Translations under genes and position numbers: made by a program
The notes under the pieces: generated by a model
Told to the model about the DNA's origin: nothing
What the model saw: the letters and a program-made list of their open reading frames with translations, nothing else
Database searches by the model: none
In this document: positions 56,891-64,000 of the stretch, in pieces
Position numbering within the stretch: position 1 is the first letter of the stretch
Layout of the letters: each line of letters starts with the position of its first letter
NCBI RefSeq assembly: GCF_009914755.1
Contig: NC_060941.1
Length of the DNA stretch: 64,000 nt
Source: the human T2T-CHM13v2.0 reference genome, Homo sapiens
Reading direction: 5' to 3' (one strand)

Positions 56891-58409
56891 TGATCACCCA
56901 GGAACCCCCCAGAACTGGAAAAGAAGTGGCAAGGCAGGACCTAGTTAGCAGAGCTAGAAAGGATGGTGGAGGCTTGCTCATGAGGACTAGGACAGAAGTA
57001 GGGGGGTCCTTGAGCTCAGTCACAGGAGGAATGAACTTGGGCTCCTACTTGAAGACCACCTGCCTTGCTTGGCTACAAAGCCAAGAATGTGTGTGTTTGA
57101 AGGGGAGGGTCCCTTGGCTTGGGCTGAGGACAGGAGGTTTAGCTGAGTGTCTGGACTTGACTTCGACCTTCCAAAGCCCAGATTCTGGTCCTCTACTGAT
57201 CTCCCACCTGCTCAGTCAGCCCAACTCGCCCAACCAGCTGTCATGCAGGTCCAGACATGAAGCCACAGCCATCCCGAGGGCTCAGCCGAGCCCCCAGGCA
57301 GCACCAAGAGACCTGACTTGTTGTTCCTGCTGCCCTCCACCACACCATGCGGCAGCCCAGGCCTCAGCCCACCAGGGAAGGGCTCTCTGCCCAGGGTGGC
57401 CCCCAGCTTGTGGTGGGGGGGTCAAGTGCCATGCAAAGCCAGCTGCAGCCTGGCAGGGCCCAATGCAGCCCCTGATTCCACAGGGATGGCGTTTTCAGCA
57501 AGCTCGTGAAATTAATTAAATTCTTCTCTTCATTCTGACTCTGTAATTTATCACAGCATATGTCCCTGCTTTTTTATATTAGAAAATAATGGAAATTATT
57601 CCTTAAATAATCAATTTTTACAGCTTACATTTAATTTATGAAAGAATGACAGGCCTAGCGCCCTGCCTGTGACCACAACTTCGTCCTCCATCTGCCTCTT
57701 TCCCTGGGTGTCCTTGCCCAGGAGCAAGAGAAAAGCACAAGGGAGGCGAGGGGAAGAGGGCCAGTCCGTGGGTCCTACCGATTTCTCTGCAGCAGGTCCA
57801 GCAATACCTAAGCAATCCAGACTTGGATGAGGAAGAGTGGAGGGGAAGGTCTGGGGGTGCTGCTCACCATGCTGTCCCCTGGGCAGGTTGCTCCCTCTCA
57901 GCCCAGGGCCCCACAAGCCTTTATTTTGATCCACATGGCTCTATTTTTGACACGCTCTGCTTCTGGCTGACTTCTGTGGTCAGGCTGATCAAAACCTGTC
58001 AGTTCTGCACTCAAAACCCTCCAGATGCTCCCCTGTAGCTCTCAGGGTGAGATTCCAGCTGCCCAGTTCAGCTGTTGGGCCGGCCAGCTCTTGTTGCAGC
58101 CGCTGCATTTCCAGCCCCTCTGACCCTACCAGTGGCTCTACTGTCTGGGATGGCTTTCCCCAGGCCCTCTTTCACGGGACAACCCTTCAAGTCCATTCTT
58201 CAAAAGTCGGCTCTGGGAAGCCTTCCCCAAGCACAGCCCTCTGCCCCCACCACAGCCGCCCAGATCACCCCACACCTGCTTTCCACACCTCAGCTGCTGA
58301 TTTGCCAACTGCCCTCTCTCGGCACTGAGGGCCTGGTGAGGGTGGGAACCACGTCTCATTTGACTTTGACCTCCCATAACCTGGTGCAGGACCTGGCACT
58401 TAGAGGATA

Positions 58410-58886
58410 AATCAGTGCCCCGGGGCCGCCACAAATGACCACAAACGTTGTGGCTTACAACACACATCTAACAGGGGTAGAATCAGGAGTGCAAGTCTGG
58501 CTGGGCTAAAATCCAGCCTGGCAGGGATGTGTTCCTTCCTGGGGGCTCTCAGGAAACTCTGTTTCCTTGCTCTTTCCAGCTTTTAGAGGCTGCCTGCATG
58601 CCACAGTTCATGGCATCTTCCATCTTCAGAGCCAGCCACGGTGGGGTGCGTGCTTCCCACGTGGTATCACTCTGACCTCCTCTTCTGCCTCTTCCTTCCA
58701 CTTTTAAAGGCCCCTTCCGATTCCATTTAGGCCAAACCAGGATAATCTTATTCCAAAGTCAGCTGATTTGCTACCTTCATTCCCCCTGCAACCTCAATTC
58801 CCCTTTATCACTCAACATAACATATCCACAGGTTCCAGGGATAAGGAAGGGGGAAGCCTTGGGGGGCCATTATTCTGTCCACCACA
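58410..58886 (-). mobile_element. MLT1D-like LTR
   Basis: TTTCCAGCTTTTAGAGGCTGCC...AAAGTCAGCTGATT...GGCCATTATTCTGTCCACCACA. Confidence 0.75.
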
Positions 58887-60099
58887 GTAAGAATTCAATC
58901 CTTCATGTTGAGCAAAGATGAATGAGTGAGATGAACCTACAAACTTCATGGACCACCAATTCTTTGCACCTTTTTGCCTCTATCGTAAGTGGTTACTGAA
59001 CTGCCTAAAAGTGCTTCTTTGGAATCACACACTGGAAATCATCTGTTCAGAGAAAACCCGCCGAGGCTGGGCTGCCTCCTCACCGTGACCACCGCACTTC
59101 ACGAAAAATCTATCCAGGCCGTGGTGTCTGCACATGACCCACCCTGGCCCAGACCCAGGGTCCTGTGTCTGCCCTTCTCCCCCATAAGTGGGTTGCCTTT
59201 CTTCACGAACCCCAAACATGCAATGGAGAATCACCCCTGCGAGTTCACTCCCCACTCTGGTACCTTCAGTGAACTCTCCTGGCACAAGTGGGTGGATGCC
59301 ACTCTAGAAAACCATATATAGGTAAAAATCTGAATTTGCAAGGAGGGTCTGTTAGAAGTCGATTACTCATTACAGAAGGATACACCACGCGGTCTCTCTA
59401 AAGTGCAGGCTTCCAGGAGCACTTCAACACAGGAGCTGGTGTACGACTTTGAGAGTGACAAGAGGCATTGTCTGGCAGGCGTCACATACTCCACCACCCA
59501 CAGGAGCCAGCCAGGAAGACAACGGAAATGATGAATCAAGCCCAGTAAGAGAGTCCATTGCCAGATCGAGGCAAGCATGCACAACGTCATTTTATGCTGG
59601 TAACGTGACACAGTTCACAATATTGTCCCATAATTCTATTTGGACAGCTCCTTCTCTTAAGCCTAGATCAGAGTTAGCTAGCATCCCCCTCCTCCCCTCC
59701 TCTTTCTGTGTTTTTATTCTGGGGGAGAACTAGAGCTGGTTGCTACAGCAACCAATTTATTTCTGCAAGTGCATTTTAACTTCCCTCAGATGTTCTATTT
59801 GATGGGAACTTTTCCCTTCTTGGGGTCTGACTTTTGCAGCATGCTTTCACTAAGCCTGCAAACCCTTCCTTTTCTGCTGCCTTAGGGTTAATACACACAT
59901 TTACTTAACACAGGGGGGGAAAAAAAACACAAAACACCCAACTTTAAAAACAAGGCATTTGGAAGAGAGAGAAAAACAAAGTAATTACATTTCCAACTCT
60001 GCTGTCATATCAAACTTGTAGGATCTCGGGAGCTGCGGCGTTTACCATACAAGTGTTGGTTCTTCTTTACTCCTCTCCTCACCATATAGCTCAGAAAAT

Positions 60100-60960
60100 A
60101 TATTCATTTACTTTTTCACTCAACGAATAATTTATTGAGCATTTCTGTATGCCAGGCCCTATGCGTTAGGTGGTGGAGTTTCAGAATTGAACAAAACAGA
60201 CCTGGGTCCCTCCTGGAGTTTGCCAGGTATGAGAAAGACAGGCTGACATGCAAAGACACACTGACATGCAAATCCTGATGTTGATTATGGGGGTGAGAGC
60301 TATGAAGAGAGGAGCACGCCATCCAGACTACTGGTCTGGAACAGCCTCTCTGAGAAGGTGATGTTTCAGCTGAGATTGAACTTGAGACTGAACTTGAACT
60401 TGAAACCAAGAATTGAGACCTGAGAGAAAGAAGAACTCTCTCTGAGCTGGAAAGGAGCTTGGTAGATTGGAGGGAGGGACAGTGGCCAGTGTGGCAGCCT
60501 CTCAGGGAAAAGGGAACCTGAGCTCAAGGTGCAGTTGCAGGTAAGGACCAGATCACATAGGACAGGCCAGGTGTGGGCATTCATATTGACCCTCAGTGCA
60601 CGGGAAGACTCTCTGACATGGTTTTCAGCAGACAAGTGAAGTAATTGACATTTGCACAGATCCTCTGGCTGCCAAGGAGAGAACGCATTGAGGGAATGTA
60701 GGTGGCAATTGTGAAGGAGAAGGACAGTGTTGCTGGAGGAGGGTTTTCCAGGCATCCAGAGGAGAGAAGCAGGTGGCCTGGCCAGGAGGCGGCAGCAAGA
60801 CAGGGAACAGTGGACAGGGTAGAAATGCATCTTGGACATAACACTGGCAGGATCTGGTGATGAGTTGCCTGTGGTCTGTGGCCTGAGCCACAGGCCAATG
60901 GTGGTGCTGTACTGAGATGGAGAAGCTGGAGAAGGAGTAGGTTTGGAAGGAGGAAATAGA
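60100..60960 (-). mobile_element. L2 3' region
   Basis: CACTCAACGAATAATTTATTGAGCA...TGCCAGGC; later L2-like blocks. Confidence 0.6.
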
Positions 60961-61098
60961 CTCCATGGCACCTGCCTCCTGCTCAGAAGCCTCGTCATGC
61001 AATTCCTCTTTATGCAATTCCCCTTTTGAGTCTGTCTCCCTCTCTGAATGGGAGGTTCCATGAAGGCTGGGGTCACACCTACACAGTTCACTGCTGTA

Positions 61099-61263
61099 TT
61101 TTTTTTTTTTTTTTTTGAAACAGGGCCTTGCTCCATCACCCAGGCTGGAGTGCAGTGGTGCAATCTCAGCTTACTGCAGCCTGGAACTCCTGGGCTCAAG
61201 CCATCCTTTCACCTCGGCCACCCAAAGTGCTGGGACTACAGGCATGAGCCACAGTGCCCAGCC
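61099..61263 (-). mobile_element. Alu monomer (FRAM-like)
   Basis: Single right-arm-length monomer with poly-T. Confidence 0.85.
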
Positions 61264-61324
61264 CACAGCTCCATTCTGAGTAGTGCTCACAGTGCCTGGC
61301 ACCGGAAGGCCCTCGGATAGCCAC

Positions 61325-61763
61325 TGTATTCATTTCCTAGGGTTGCAGTAACTAATTACCGGATGGCTTAAAAAAAAAAAAGAAACATATTTTCTCACAG
61401 TTCTGGAAGTCAGAAGGCTGAAATCCAGGTGCAGATAGGGTTGGTTCCTTGAGGAAGCTCTAGGAAAAACCTGTTCCGCGACTCTCCCTCAGTTTGGGGG
61501 CTGTTGGTAGTCTGCGGTGCTCCTGGGCTTGCTGGCACCTTGCTCCAATCTCTGCTTTCTCCTCTGTGTGTCTTTTCCCCTTCTCTCCTAAGGACACTTG
61601 TCATTGGACCTAGGGCCTACCCTAATTGAGGATGATCTCATCTCAAGATCTTTAACTTGGTTACAGCTGCAAAAACGCTTTTTCCAAATAAGGCCACATT
61701 TGCAGGCTCTGGGCATTAGGACTCAGGCATACTTTTTGGGTGGTCACAATTCAACCCACTTCA
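61325..61763 (-). mobile_element. MLT1B/C-like LTR
   Basis: TGTATT...CTCACAGTTCTGGA...TAAGGACAC...TTTCCAAATAAGG...CACAATTCAACCCA. Confidence 0.8.
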
Positions 61764-61959
61764 TCCACCAACTGAGAAAATGAATGAGTGAGTACCCGGC
61801 GATTTCTGGTTGATTGGAGAACCAAGTGTAACTCAAACGCTGGGTCAGAGAACAAAGCCCTGGCTTTTCAACCAGCCTTCTGTGGTAGCTGTTTGTATTC
61901 ACCGCCAGTTTCTCTAAGTTGGTCATTTAGGGATGCGTCCATAACACAGCATGTCAGGT

Positions 61960-62030
61960 AGGTGACTCACAGTGAATAAACTGAAGAGAAGCTGAGTCAT
62001 AGTTAAAAGCGGACTTAACATTCCAAAGGT
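61960..62030. promoter_or_regulatory. Candidate AP-1/ARE/TEAD enhancer core
   Basis: TGACTCA 61963-69, GCTGAGTCAT 61991-62000, ACATTCCA 62018-25. Confidence 0.4.
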
Positions 62031-64000
62031 GAACAGCAATCCAGCCTCGAGGCTGAAGCCATTCTTATGCCTCTGCCAGCCAAGGCAGAGACAGATAAAT
62101 AAATACCATCACTGAGCCAGGCGGCACAGCGCGACCTCCAGGCCCGCACCCCTCTCAGGCATCCTGCCTGGCCGGTCTACCTCCTTCCAGAAGCAATGAA
62201 TATTTCCAGCATGGAGCAGGAGGCAGGTCAACAAATGCTGCTCTAAACATCTTGGTCAAGCTTGCTGTGACCTCCCATCCTGCCATACACACCTTAGGTC
62301 ACAGGCAGCCTCCTCTCCACACTGCCACCCTGCAATGAGGGCCACCCCCTCTGGAAACTACAGGGGGTCAAAAAGTGGGAGGTTTGTCTGTGTGCCCCAC
62401 AATCCAGGCAGAGAGGTCCAGGGCAGAGGGGACCTTTGAGGGGTACATGGCACCCTTCGAAGGCCTCAGAACACGTCTGCCTTTACAAGCTGACCACAGC
62501 CACCAACACTTAGTCTTAGGAACCCGACTTCTCTCTACCTATGAAGGTTTTCTGCAAGGTTTTGTCTCCTAGAGACCCTGCCCCATCCCAGGCCCTGCCC
62601 GGCTGACCATCCCCCCCTCCAGTATGAAGAGTCTGCCTGTCCTGATCCAAGACAGGCAAGGACCAGACCCTGGAGGAAGGCAAGTGACATTGCAGGGGGA
62701 CAAGCAGAAAAGTGTCTGAGGAGCCCAAAGGCCAGGCTCTCCTGGGACTGAGAGCAGCAGCTCCGGCTCCAGGAACACACAGGGATGCACATGGCAGGAA
62801 CTGGGGCTGTCACGAGCAAGGCCAAGTGCTCTCCCTGGGTGCTGAGTTTCTTTGATCACCAGACCTGAGAAGGGCCCTTTTCCACAGGGGCCTTGGGACT
62901 CCTGACTGCTGCCTCAGCATGAAAGTGTCCTGTCTCCCCAGCTGAGCCCCTCTCTGGGAGGCAGGTCCCCATCCCCTGGGCCTTCCTGCTGGGGTGTGCT
63001 GCTCTCCCCACATTGTGTGGGCACCAGCACTATCCACTTAGCACCTCAACCCCCCGGGGCCTCTTCACTCGTCTCCCAGGGGCTCCCCTAAAAGCTACTT
63101 GCTCCTGAGCTCCAATTGTAATCAAGTCCCAAAGCAGCTGGGTTTAAAGACACAATTATGCATTATGGATAAAGGGCAGGTCACCCTCCCCCGCCAGCCA
63201 GCTGGGCATCTGTGCTTGCCCCACGGCTCCCATCAGAGGCTCCAGCAGGCCTGTCCCCTCCCCTGGGCACACAGAGCAAGCCAAGGCGCCCCTTGGTGCC
63301 CGCAGTCCCAGGAGCCGAGCACGGGGCTCCTGGCTGCAGCCGCAGAAAGGCCCTCTTGCTGGGATCCCACTACAAATTGATGAACGCTAATGACCTGCTT
63401 CCTCCATCTGGTACCACAATCATGAAGATGCTCCCAAACGCTGGGAGTTGGGGGGTATTCTTTTTTTCTTTTCCTTTTTGCCTTTTTTTCAAATATTTAT
63501 GAAGAGATTTTCCATTTATCCTGACACGTCTTCTCCACCGTGGGTGTCAGCTAGGAGGGCTCAGACAACAAACTCCAGAAGGTATTTTCCCCAAAGCAGC
63601 ATCTGGCTCCGTTGGCAAGTACAGCGGGTGGTTTGCTGGGAATTGGCCGAGGAAGAGGGAGGAGGAGCCACAGGCTGGCAGCCTCCGGTCCTGGCTCTGT
63701 GATGCTCCCAGGGATGGGGCTGGAGCATCCCAAGAGAGCAGCCAGGATACAGGACCTCACAGGCACCCCCACCAGCCTCTCTCTCACTCTCACCCTTCAA
63801 GTCTTCTGGTCTGATGCCAAAGCTCCCCAGCTCCCCAGGTAAACCACCTGGGTGGTGACCAGTTCTCCACGGCAGCCTCTAAGAGTCTTCTTCAGCGACA
63901 ATTCCCAGTGGGACAAGTTGGTAAAGGAGAGGGTGCTGGCTTGGCCCCTGCATCTCAAGCTCTCCCCTCCCAGGAAGCCTTCTAAAGGCAGAGCCAGAGG

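Noticed and set aside
56890-57519. 209-aa ORF
   Set aside because: No recognisable homology or exon/promoter context; such a length can arise by chance in GC-rich DNA
60366-61199. Longest ORF (277 aa)
   Set aside because: Begins in an Alu monomer and runs through L2 remnants; no recognisable domain

Overview
Human non-coding DNA (a near-perfect AluYa5 at 44225 points to human). The window is CpG-depleted, has no CpG island, and much of it is interspersed repeats: about 24 Alus, MIR, L2, L1 3' fragments, MaLR/ERV solo LTRs, hAT and Tigger DNA transposons, and one 5S rRNA pseudogene fragment. I can support no protein-coding gene: the ORF track is Alu/L1/LTR/simple-repeat translation or chance ORFs. 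I found no convincing new 'biological system'. The most unusual structures are genome-history events. (1) A ~4 kb TSD-flanked block splits an MLT1 LTR and looks like an ancient L1 3' transduction, later invaded by nested LTRs. (2) A ~340 bp non-repeat segment is duplicated 4.4 kb apart, one copy sitting inside a hAT transposon. (3) A ~50 bp insertion is locally templated. Several repeat-free, homeobox/AP-1/YY1/CTCF-motif-rich islands may be enhancers. Repeat subfamily names come from my recall of consensus sequences, not a RepeatMasker run. Boundaries of old elements are approximate.
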